DNA of 62,940 nt, filler included, from Octopus bimaculoides (GCF_001194135.2; 4 parts of 4 records of this genome joined end to end with filler, not necessarily neighbours in it), one strand, 5' to 3'; positions 25,975 to 36,841 are shown, numbered from the whole stretch's first letter. Numbers and translations: made by a program. Notes: generated from the letters alone by a model not told the origin.

Positions 25975-26051
25975 AAAATAAGCAACAGGATATCAAGAGG
26001 AGATGCAGTACAACTGTTTCAAGCGGCTCTTGATATCCTGTTGCTTATTTT
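25975..26051. other. 77-nt hairpin with a perfect 25-bp stem
   Basis: AAAATAAGCAACAGGATATCAAGAG (25975-25999) and its exact reverse complement (26027-26051), 27-nt loop. Confidence 0.9.
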
Positions 26052-26144
26052 GATGTTATTCACCTTACTTTGAGTTGTACAGATAATACTGCACTGATCT
26101 GATGCTTCAACTTATGTACCTAATTCAACTGAATCTCAATTATT

Positions 26145-26191
<47 letters not shown>

Positions 26192-26212
26192 CATATGCAT
26201 ATATATATGTAG

Positions 26213-26261
<49 letters not shown>

Positions 26262-26396
26262 CGCATGTAAAAATAAAAGTAAAAGAATAAAAGGATATAT
26301 ATATACATACATATGTATACATATATATATATGTAGATGTGTGTGTGTATATATATATATATATGCCTATACATATACATATATATATGCATATAC

Positions 26397-26427
<31 letters not shown>

Positions 26428-26499
26428 TACATATATATGTATACATATATATATATATGTAGATGTATATATGTATATATACACATGTGTGTATATCTG

Positions 26500-26767
26500 T
26501 GCATACATGTATGTGTGTGTGTGTGTGTGTGCACGTGTGTGTGTGTGTTAAATATATACACGCTAAATATATTACTTTTACTGAGGGTGCTGCTGTTCTC
26601 TGTGAATGCTGGAGTCAATGTCTTGTCAAGTAATGAAGCAAATCTGTACGTGTGTATATAGTATCTAGGTATACGTATTTATGTATATATGTATGCATAT
26701 AGATGATATGTATATATACATATACATATATAGATAGAGTGAGAGAGAGGGAGAAAAACAAATAGAG

Positions 26768-26864
<97 letters not shown>

Positions 26865-26992
26865 TATACACACATGCACACATATATATGTATGTATCTC
26901 TACACAAGCATAGCTGCGTATGTAGACAATCACATATACATTATACCTATAAGTAGATACATATTTATGCATATAAATGCATGTGTGTGTGT

Positions 26993-27059
<67 letters not shown>

Positions 27060-27509
27060 GATAGAAAGACAGAGATAGATATATATACATACATATATAT
27101 ATACATATATACGTACATATATACGTACATATATACATATAAATAATATACACACACACACATACACATATATATATATACATATAACATATAAATATAT
27201 ATCTGTGTATCTGTGTGCACATGTATGCATGTGCGTGTGCATACATGTACGTGTGTGTATGTGTGTATCTGTGTGCACATGTTTGCATGTATGTGTACGT
27301 GTGCATGCATGTGTTCTCTGTGTGTGTGTGTGTTAAATATATACATACGAAATTTATTTTTAAGGATTAACACTTTTATGATGAGGGTGCTGTTGTACTC
27401 TCTGAATGTGGAGTCAATGTCGCATCAAGTAATGAAGCAACTCTGTATGTGTGTATACAGTGTCTATGTATAAGTATTTATGTATATATGTATACATATA
27501 GATGATATG

Positions 27510-27561
<52 letters not shown>

Positions 27562-27660
27562 TAGACAGACAGATAGACAGATAGACAGACAGACTGATAG
27601 ATAGATAGATAGATAGATAGGGTGAGAGAGAGAGAAAGAGAGGGAGATACATACATATAT
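26500..27660. repeat. Local tandem duplication (~800-bp period) with a unique core inside microsatellite mosaic
   Basis: Core GTTAAATATATAC..GAGGGTGCTG..GGAGTCAATGTC..TCAAGTAATGAAGCAA..AGATGATATGTA at about 26545-26715 and 27330-27512. Confidence 0.85.
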
Positions 27661-27931
27661 ACATTTGTATATATACATACTCTATGTGTGCCTCTATATA
27701 TATGTATAGATATATGTAACAACATAATATATAAATTTACATACATGTTTGCATGTACATGATTTAGATATATGCTACATGTGTGTTTTTGTACATATAC
27801 ATACATGTGTGTTAAGTATATATTATTATTATTTGCAAACAACTTGCCGATACAAGTGCTACCAGTAAAAAGCTCTGTATACTGGACACTAGCAGATCTA
27901 TTACAGTTCACATTTTTTTTCAGCAGTTTTC

Positions 27932-29683
27932 TCAAATAAAATCATCTTCAGAATATGGATTAAATTCTTTAGTAAGGTCCAGGTCAACGAAATTGCTAGA
28001 AATCTGTGATTCTGTTTCATCTCTTAGTATATTTTTCACATTTTCTAAATCAAGACCATTCCAAGGTGGGGGCCACTTCACTACTATTGGCTTTTGATTG
28101 AGTTGGGAACTACTTTTAGGAAATATAATAAAAGAAGTTTCTTTTCCTTGGGAACTATCAGTAGATGGATGCCCATACGGATTGTTACATCTATTATAGT
28201 GAATTGATGTGTTAGGTGTCTGATGCATATTTTTTTCCAATCGTATAGAGGTAGAGGATGACAAAGCTGTTGCATTATCATTGTTTTTCTGAATAACAGA
28301 CCATCTTGCCTTTGGATTTACATTTGGAAATTGTGGGACTACAAGAGCTTGGTTGCAGTCATCAGTTGGTTTTTCTTTTGCAATGTTCTTTGGTTTCTCC
28401 ATTTTCTTATTCATTGGTGAAGTAATCTTGGAATGAAGTGATGTTTTCTTGCAGGGATATTTTTTGGTCTGTTGGAAATATGCAGTGTCATAAGATATTG
28501 GTGTTTTAAGAACACGAGCTATAGAATCTATAATTTGTGAAATACAACTGACATGTAACTTATATGAGTACAAGTGTGATTGTTTGTAGCCATTCTGTAA
28601 GGCATTTATAACATTTTGAACAGTTTTTTGAAAGATTTCAGATTTTTTATTTGTAGAAATAAACAGAGATTTTTTATTGTTCTTTGAATGCTTTAGTAAA
28701 GGAGAAGTAGATGTCATTTCTCGGCCAGACAAGCAACCGATGTCACTTAAATTTGGATTGTTCTTCAAAGAATTCGAAATTACAAAGCTTCGCCTTCTTA
28801 CAGAAAGATACTGATTTAGATTATCAGTTGATTCACAACATTTGGTTATAATTTCTTTCATGTTACAAGGAAGCTGAAAGTCTGGGTAACGTACAAAAAT
28901 AATTGGCAAATGGTAGTCAAGAGCTTGTTTCAGTTGTGAAAGACATTCGCTAGAAGAAATGGTTGATTCATTAAAAATGAATATGAAAGCATTACATTCT
29001 GTGATTATGTTATTTGATGATTGTAAAGTTGGAACCATACAATGGAGAAATGTAACAGCTGATACAGATCCTAATACAGCAGAACTCATAGTATCTTTGA
29101 CATTATTTGGATCCCGACATACAAACACTTTACTTGTATACAGAGTGTTTTCTTGAGGTAATCTCTTACTCTCCAGGTGAGATGCAGCAGCAATAGATGA
29201 GACAAAAACTGAAGGAATTTTTGAAATTTTTGTGCTTTTTTTCTTTTTTCTGAACTGGACTTTTTTTTTAAAAACATTATCAGATATTTTCACACCAGTT
29301 GGTTGTAAGGTCTCATTCTTAATAGCTTTTGTCTCTTGGTTAGTACTAATTAAAAAGCTATCTATACATGTGGCAGATTCTGGGGAAGTGGCTGGTGAAG
29401 AAATTTGCACATGAAGAGGTGAGACAGTATCTAGCTGAGCTAAACCTGAAACAGAATTTGGTAATAATGGGAGAATAAAATTCCAGAGGGTATCATAAGC
29501 TTTTTCTTGGATAATTCTTGGATAGAGTTTGAGTAAATCAATAAATATTTTTAAAAAGATTTGCTTTTCTTCAATCCAGCCTAAAGCCTGCCAGTATGTA
29601 AAGGTATTAACTACATCATCAGCAAAGTGTTCCTCTGCTCTTGTAAGCATGCAAGCTGGTAGCTGTCGATGGCAGTGTTCCAT
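27932..29683 (-). CDS. Uncharacterised 583-aa single-coding-exon protein with a probable divergent TIR-like domain and a basic NLS-like patch
   Basis: 1752-bp open frame with ATG (in-frame TAG just upstream) and TGA, non-repetitive. Residues 184-280 (KVFVCR..ECNAFIFIFNESTISSSECLSQLKQALDYHLPIIFVRYPDFQLP) follow the TIR beta/alpha alternation. ORF confidence is high; the domain call is about 0.55. Confidence 0.85.
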   Translation of the reverse strand: MEHCHRQLPACMLTRAEEHFADDVVNTFTYWQALGWIEEKQIFLKIFIDLLKLYPRIIQEKAYDTLWNFILPLLPNSVSGLAQLDTVSPLHVQISSPATSPESATCIDSFLISTNQETKAIKNETLQPTGVKISDNVFKKKVQFRKKKKSTKISKIPSVFVSSIAAASHLESKRLPQENTLYTSKVFVCRDPNNVKDTMSSAVLGSVSAVTFLHCMVPTLQSSNNIITECNAFIFIFNESTISSSECLSQLKQALDYHLPIIFVRYPDFQLPCNMKEIITKCCESTDNLNQYLSVRRRSFVISNSLKNNPNLSDIGCLSGREMTSTSPLLKHSKNNKKSLFISTNKKSEIFQKTVQNVINALQNGYKQSHLYSYKLHVSCISQIIDSIARVLKTPISYDTAYFQQTKKYPCKKTSLHSKITSPMNKKMEKPKNIAKEKPTDDCNQALVVPQFPNVNPKARWSVIQKNNDNATALSSSTSIRLEKNMHQTPNTSIHYNRCNNPYGHPSTDSSQGKETSFIIFPKSSSQLNQKPIVVKWPPPWNGLDLENVKNILRDETESQISSNFVDLDLTKEFNPYSEDDFI

Positions 29684-30469
29684 GGGTCTCTAATGTGTGG
29701 AGACCTGTGTGTGCATAGGACTGGTCGTAGCATGAGAAAGGCAATGGCTAAAAATAGTCTTTTGAACTAACTGACATCATTCATATTGATATATGTGGAC
29801 AATCTATTTCAATATCAACTTTCTCTTCTGACGTACAGTATAAATCTTCTTAATCCAATGATATACATTCAGCTACTAACATAATTATGGCATCATTATA
29901 AAAGCACAATGGATAATTCCAGGGCATTATCTCTGTATGTTATCTTTCAATAGAAGCAGCTTGTTGTCTAGACTACAGGTTTACTACCTCTAGTCCATTT
30001 TACTTGGTCTTCAACTGTTGCCATGGTTTCAGAAACCAACACTTTAGTAAGGTAATCAAATTATTTGCCATATTCAATCAAAGCATCCAGTGTATAAGAA
30101 AATGGGCAATTGTTGAAATTTTGTAGCTGAAGCCCTTTAAAGATATGAATTTTTATAAAAACACAATAAAGACACAAAAATAACTTTGATAGACAACAAG
30201 GTTATTATTATGAAAAAGAGTTAATCATTATAATTATTGTTACACATGATAGCTTAATGACTCAAGTCTACAATTTGTTTCAAATTCTGCTTATCATTGA
30301 TGTAGGTATATTAATAAATGTAAATATAAAGCTAATATTGGACATCACAAAACCCTGCAGTAAGACTGACAAGTGAAACAAGATCTAGTAATGACATTTA
30401 TGCTTTCAGCATCAGAAGTAATTGACTACTTAAAAGCATTATTAGTTTTATAACCTATTGAGGGGTGGT

Positions 30470-30770
30470 GGATTGGGAAAATTCCACTTTGATCAACTTT
30501 ATCTATTATTCTTCCCAGGTTGATAAAATTAAGTACCAGTGAACTACTTTGATTAATATAATCAACAGGAAAGCCTTATACTTCTATCTGGCATCAATAT
30601 ATAATTCATTGGGAGGCAGAAGAAATGACTGCTTACTTCCTTTCAGAGATTGTCTTTTATCCCACTGAGATCAATAAAGTAATTATCAATCATGTATTGA
30701 GGTCAATATAGTCACTTATACTCTATCAACTACAATATTTGATCTTGGTACCAGTATGCCCTCTCCTCTA
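30470..30770 (+). mobile_element. Two old SINE family A fragments
   Basis: GGTTGATAAAATTAAGTACCAG and GAGATCAATAAAGTAATT..GAGGTCAATAT remnants with CpG decay. Confidence 0.55.
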
Positions 30771-30839
30771 TAACAAAACACTTGTTTCTGCTTCTCTGTC
30801 TTTGTCACACTAATCTTTCATCCTCTAGCATGAGTTCCC

Positions 30840-31070
30840 CTCAAATGCCCCTGCCCCTCTCAAAATTCATTGTCTTGCAAGTTACTTGATGACTTTGCCA
30901 GTGCTGATGCCACATAAAAAGCATCCAGTCCACACTGTAAGGTGGTTGGCATTTGGAAGGGCATCCAGCTGTAAAAATCATGCCAGAACTGACCTCGCCT
31001 GTGCTGGTGCAGCATAAAAAGCACTCATTCCACTCTGCAGAGTGGTTGGTGTTAAGAAGGGCATCTCTTT
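30840..31070 (+). mobile_element. SINE family C / RTE 3'-UTR-related repeat
   Basis: GCCACATAAAAAGCA.CCAGTCCACACTG..GGTTGG..GGAAGGGCATCCAGCTGTA, shared with 41830-42400. Confidence 0.75.
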
Positions 31071-31073
31071 TCT

Positions 31074-31104
<31 letters not shown>

Positions 31105-31414
31105 CATCTGTGTGTGTGTGTGTGTGTGTGCATGCGTGTGCGTTCGTTTTTCATGCGAAAACGACTGTGAGAATTACTTCCTTACATGGGATGCATGAAT
31201 AATTTGACTTTGGATATATAATAGGCTCTTCAGTTTATTTTTTTATTAAAAATACTTAATATTGCTTTCTCTATATGATTCACTTCTTTAAAAAGGTTTT
31301 TCAATGTCAACTTCTGATATCAACAACGAAATTTTCCATTTTCCTCTATTTCAATGATTTCATTTCAAGTTTTAATTCACTATTTGCAAACAATTATGAT
31401 AAATTACTGAAATA

Positions 31415-31815
31415 GGCGTAGGAGTGGCTGTGTGGTAAGTAGCTTGCTTACCAACCACATGGTCCCGGGTTCAGTCCCACTGCGTGGCATCTTAGGCAAG
31501 TGTCTTCTACTATAGCCTCGGGCCGACCAAAGCCTTGTGAGTGGATTTGGTAGACGGAAACTGAAAGAAGCCTGTTGTATATATGTATATATATGCATGT
31601 GTGTATGTGTTTGTATGTCTGTGTTTGTCCCCCCAACATCGCTTGACAACCGATGCTGGTGTGTTTATGTCCCCGTAACTTAGCGGTTCGGCAAAAGAGA
31701 CCGATAGAATACGTACTAGGCTTCCAAAGAATAAGTCCTGGGGTCGATTTGCTCGACCAAAGGCGGTGCTCCAGCATGGCCACAGTCAAAAGACTGAAAC
31801 AAGTAAAAGAGTAAG
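31415..31815 (+). mobile_element. SINE family B, full length
   Basis: GGCGTAGGAGTGGCTGTGTGGTAAG (A box)..GGGTTCAGTCCC (B box)..internal microsatellite..GGCGGTGCTCCAGCATGGCC..AAGTAAAAGAGT tail. Confidence 0.92.
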
Positions 31816-32019
31816 TTCACAAATTTCGTTTGAATCTGCTCATTTTGTTAATTTCCATAAAAATCTTTTATTTATTTACTTTTTGTGCACCGTGTTCAGC
31901 TCTATGTAATTGTAGTCAGTCACACACACACACATGTGTGTTTTTGTATGTACGTTTGTATACATTTGTGTGTGTGTGTGTGTGAGAGAGAGAGAAAGAG
32001 AGGGAGAAGGAGTGTATTG

Positions 32020-33255
32020 TCATGTGGGATCCAGACAAAAGCCCCCTAGAACAATTGGCTGATAGGTGGAAACAAAAACCTCTGCATGGCAAATATGTGG
32101 CCTGTAGCAAACAAGCTGGTGTAGACCAAAAGTATACCCATTAGTGGCTAAGAAGCTCAGAGCTAAGGCAGAGAGCAAGGGCTTTATCTTAGCTGCTCAA
32201 GATCAGAGCTTATTGATCTGGAAAATCCATAAGCTGCTGACTTTCAATAAGACACACTACATAAAGGCAGATGCAGATCATCTTTACCTTCCTAGAGCCC
32301 AAGGAGATCGAGGCTTGATCCAATTTGAAATCTCTTACAAAATCACCCCAATTGGACTGGCCAAATATCTCGAAACATCTAACATTGATCTGGAACTACC
32401 AAACCAATGTGATAAAAAATGGAGTAGACCTAAAGTGCCAATACTGCAACAATGAAATTGAAACAGTAGACCACCTAATCTTTGGGTGTAAGATTTTAGC
32501 ACCAGTAGAATATAAATCTAAACATGACAAAATTGGCCAATTATCTACTCTGGATAATATGCTGGTATTATTAAATCAAAACTGCAGACAAATGAATATA
32601 AGCACCATCTTGAAGCTGTAACTGAGGGAGAAAATGTTACAACTCTTTAGGACTTTCCAGTACATACAGACTGGACCACCAAAGTTAATAAACCAGATAT
32701 TGTGAAAGACAAAAACAATAAAATCTGTTTATTGATTGACATGAGCATACCTTGTGATCATAATATCTCGGTAAAAGAATTTGATAAGCTCAGAAAATAT
32801 AAAGATTTGCTGATTGAAATAAAAAAATATGGCATCCCAAGACAGTATTGTAATATCAGTGATTGTAAGAGCACTTGGAATGATCAAAAAGGGAACTGAA
32901 AATTATTTGAGGATGATCCCTGGTTTACCATCCATACAGGAAGTGCAAAAAATTGTCTTAACTGGTACATCACACATATTGAAAAGAGCAATATCACTAT
33001 GAATTTTCTTTCTTTTATCCCCTTATTTTCTTTGTTTTCTTTTTTTCATTTTTTTCCTTCTTCCCTCTGTCTTTCTTCCCTTTTATTTTTCATTTCATAT
33101 GACTTTGTAAATGGACAATCTGGTGTGTTTATTTTAATGACCTGCCAATGTATACAGTGAGCTTCTTTGCCCTAGATGTTGGGAAGATACTTGGCAAGAA
33201 ATGGAAACAAAATTGAAAGAAGATAATGATAATAATAATAATAATAATAATAATA
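32020..33255 (+). mobile_element. R4/Dong-clade LINE 3' part (CCHC finger + restriction-like endonuclease), internally rearranged, (TAA)n tail
   Basis: Fragments KPLHGKY, GFILAAQDQSL, KCQYCNNEIETVDHLIFGC, KPDIV..LLIDMSIPCD..KLRKYKDL, QEVQKIVLTGTSHIL; AAT repeats at 33221-33256. Confidence 0.9.
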
Positions 33256-33256
33256 A

Positions 33257-33420
33257 TCACCACGTCACACACATATGATTGTGATGCATGCGCCTAGTGT
33301 ACATTTATCAGACGGGCAGTCATGGTGGGTATACTGGGCTTCATATATTTTACCCCAGTGTCACTTTAATGGCATGCACTGCTCTCTTACTCAACAACAA
33401 TAACAATAATAATAATGGCA
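33257..33420 (+). mobile_element. Unclassified short element with (AAC/AAT)n tail, stacked on the Dong tail
   Basis: GC-balanced 140-bp body followed by a triplet tail. Family not determined. Confidence 0.45.
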
Positions 33421-33640
33421 ATAATGGTTTCAAATTTTGGTATAAAGTTAGCAATTTCAGGGAAAGGTTTAAGTCAATTACAATGATCCCAATATGCAAC
33501 AGGTACTTATTTCATCAACCCCAAAAAGATGGAAAGCAAAATTGACCTTGGCAGAATTTAGACTGGGAATATAAAGATAGACAAAATACCACTAAGTATT
33601 TTATCTAGCATTCTAACGATTCTGTCAGCTCACCACCTTA
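33420..33640 (-). mobile_element. SINE family A, old CpG-decayed copy
   Basis: GGTACTTATTTCATCAACCCC..GGAAAGCAAAATTGACCTTGGCAGAATTT..AATACCACTAAGTATTTT. Confidence 0.7.
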
Positions 33641-36032
33641 ATAATAATAATAATAATAATGATGATGATGATGATGACAATGACGGTGATGGTGGTGGGG
33701 ACAGCAACGATGACAACGACATTAATGCTGATGACAACGATAACAACGACAACAACAACAACGATGATGATGATGGCAATGGTGATTTCTTTTATTAGCT
33801 ACAGAGGCATTGATGAGGAGGGTATCACAAGGACAATCTACACTTTGTGTTGGATTTAAATAAGAGAATAAAGGAAAGAAAGGGAAAAGACAATGAAATG
33901 AAGTAAAAGTTTATATATAGTACACAAAGTGCTAATGATGCAATCCCGATATAGGAAACACTTCAACTAGGGCCAATCAAAGAACCCCAAGAGATCCAGG
34001 AATACCCAACCACAAAAAGCACAAGCCCTTGCCTAACACTTATTCTCCAATCTACAGACACATGCTTAGAGTAGGTTCATTCATCCCACCATTTTTTGAT
34101 AGTCACCCACCTTTTCACAAGTTCACTGGGAGGTAGCACTTTCTTCCCCACCCTCACCTTCCTTTCCAAATCAATCCTTAAAAAGCCAATGAAATCTTGA
34201 CAGGAGAGGCAGGTTTCTTTATTCAATCCTTTCAGCTTATCCACCTCACAACTTCTTTTGCCATAGTTGCTAGACAGAAGAACACTGCCTGCCTTGCCCT
34301 TTTAAAGGGCGCGGCAGCGGTGTCATCGAAAGATGTAGACACCTCAAAATATGCTCTTTTAAGCCAATCTACAGAAACGGTCTCCGTACGACCATTCATA
34401 TCGATCGTAAAAACTTTAGGTGTGCAAGAAAGTACACGAAAAGGTCTTTTGTAAGGAGAAACAAGAGGTCCCTTAACAGAGTCATCCCGAACAAAAACAT
34501 GCGACCAAGAGTCAATATCTGATGGGACATTAGTGGGTGGAGACTGGTCCTGGGAACCTATGGGCGGAAGATTAGAAAAATAGGTGCAAAGTCTGGTGGC
34601 ATACAATGCCGAATCATGAAGCTGTGAAATGTCTGGCACCAACATCGTACCAGGCAATTCTAGTGTGGTACCATACAGCAGCTCTGTAGAGGAGAAACCC
34701 AGGTCTGCCTTGACAGCAGTATGACAGCCAAGAAGCACAATTGGCAGAAACTCAGTCCAAGACTGTAGATCTGGAGAGGCACATAGAACGGCCTTGAACT
34801 GTCTATGAAACCGTTTGACCATCCGGTAGGAAGCTGGATGGTAACTGGTCATACGAATGTGATGCACACCCAGGATTCGTGATAATTCACAAAATAAAGA
34901 AGCTTCAAACTGGCGTCTGCAATCAGTAGTTAATCTGGATGGAACTCTGAAGTGGAAAATCCAACTAGAAACAAAAGCTTGAGCAACAGATTCAGCAGAA
35001 ATGTCTGCTATTGGAATGGCTTCTGGCCAAACGGGAGAAATGATCGACACAGGTCAAGATATAAGAGAACCCGTGACTCAGAGGCCATGGTCCAACCAGA
35101 TCAATGTGGACATGATGAAAGCGGACCTCCAGAGGAGAAAACTGTCCAATTGGAGCATGAATGTGCCATTGGACCTTGGAATGCTGGCACTTGGGACAAG
35201 TGCGTGTTCAAGAAGTAATCATGTGACGCATATTTGGCCAGAAAAAACGAGCAGTGATAAGCTGCAGTGTAGCAGCAATGCCCGGATGTGACAAGGAGTG
35301 CAGGGCCTCAAACACTGAGCATTGGTGATTCTCAGGCATGAGTGGCCTGGGAGAACCAGTAGAGGTATCACAAAGAATAGTGCCTGCAGCTGATGGAAGC
35401 AGAAGATAGGCAAATTGGCAACAGGAGAACTTGGATGAAGTTAAATCTAACTTTGCCAAAGCTGGTTGGTCCTGCAAAATGGCAATCAAATCGATTGCAG
35501 CAGGAGATGAAAGAGAACAGACTGGAAGACGAGAAAGTGCGTCAGCAGGAACATTCTCTTTCCCAAGTATATGACGAATGTCACTAGTAAATTGTGAAAT
35601 AAAATCCAAGTGACAGAAAGCACGAGGCGAGAGTTTGTCCGTCTTAGATGATAGGGCAAACGTAAGAGGCTTGTGATCAGTATAGATCACAAAATCTCAA
35701 CCTTCAAGCTGATGCTGGAAATGACGAACTGACAGATAGATCGCTAAGAGCTCATGATCAAATGTGCTGTATCGCTGCTCAGCTGGTTGTAATTGGCAAG
35801 AAAAGAAAGCCAAAGGTTGAGTTCAGTCGTCTATTGTGTCCGTATTTATGTATATATAACAGAGAGAGAGATTTCCCTTAAGGCATACGCTACAGATAGC
35901 CCCCCACCAGTCATTTTGTGGAAGACAAAATAGACGATAAAGGATGACATATCTGTAGCAAAGAGGTGAAAGAGCGGTTGGTCATGAAGCTGGCACTGGG
36001 TCACCAATTTGTAAATGTCTGTGCGAATGTCG

Positions 36033-36064
36033 GGCTGCGTGTTCAAATCACATCAGGGTCACCA
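36033..36064 (-). promoter_or_regulatory. Primer binding site complementary to tRNA-Trp 3' end (32 nt)
   Basis: Minus strand TGGTGACCCTGATGTGATTTGAACACGCAGCC lies 2 nt from the LTR end. Compared with my recall of metazoan tRNA-Trp. Confidence 0.8.
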
Positions 36065-36066
36065 GT

Positions 36067-36513
36067 TGTAGGAAAAGTGATTAGCACTTGCTGGGTGCTT
36101 CACAATTCCATACATAATTCATGGAAGGAAAAGGAGAGGACAAGATCTCTCTGAATAAATAACAATAATTTATTTTCTCTGAATAAACATTCCATCTCTG
36201 GTTAGCGGTAGCCATGAACGCCTTCGTGAGGAAAGCAGCAGGGTTGAATGTTAGACACAAAAGCATTAAGGCATTATTACAGACTCAAAGTGTCGCTCGC
36301 CATTAAAGGTCCATTCACCATGGAGCAGCTCTAAGTTGCATCTCGCCTGGTCAGAGGCTGCAATCGGAAAGAGTGAATGGCGGTGAACCCTAGCTGTTGC
36401 TGATGATTGTGCATGCGCATAAGGGGCTTCCATCAGGTCTTCGGAGAGCTCTAATCCTTGCGCATGCGCAGATGAATGTTCCAACATGGCATCTAGAACC
36501 ATGCGTCACTACA
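36067..36513 (-). repeat. 5' LTR of the Gypsy element (447 bp, TGTAG...CTACA)
   Basis: Inverted 5-bp termini, adjacent PBS, minus-strand AATAAA, palindromic TGCGCATGCGCA at 36459-36470. Confidence 0.8.
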
Positions 36514-36564
36514 ATTCTAAATATATTACGTTAACCATATTTGTTTCCTAGAGTATTTAATATC

Positions 36565-36602
<38 letters not shown>

Positions 36603-36704
36603 GGATTATTATGAAGTAGCATTAGCATTAACTTTAATTCCTTTTTACATATATATATATATATATACAGCTTCATATAGATCTACACATGTTTCCTAGC
36701 TGAT

Positions 36705-36841
36705 GTTAGGAAGGGCACCCAGCTGTAGAAACCTTGCCAGAACAGATTGGAGTCTAGTGCAACCTCCTGGCTTGCCAGGCCTCAGTCAAACTGTCTAACC
36801 CATGCCAGCATGGAAAGCAGACGTTAAACGATGATGATGAT
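36705..36841 (+). mobile_element. SINE family C / RTE 3' tail with (GAT)n
   Basis: AGGAAGGGCACCCAGCTGTAGAAACC..CCATGCCAGCATGGAAAGCAGACGTTAAACGATGATGATG. Confidence 0.8.

Larger units (their letters stand above)
34225..36513 (-). mobile_element. Ty3/Gypsy LTR retrotransposon, internally deleted (5' LTR + PBS + RNase H + integrase; no 3' LTR)
   Basis: RNase H YTDHKPL..ENVPADALSR (35208-35690). Integrase WPEAIP..TTD.RRQF..YHPAS..VKRFHRQFK (34232-35050). RT and most of gag are absent. Confidence 0.93.

Noticed and set aside
31415-31490. tRNA-like A/B boxes here and in other SINE heads
   Set aside because: No complete cloverleaf; each continues into a SINE body.
33900-34225. Search for the Gypsy 3' LTR and polypurine tract
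   Set aside because: No sequence similar to 36067-36513 follows the integrase; the element is 3'-truncated.
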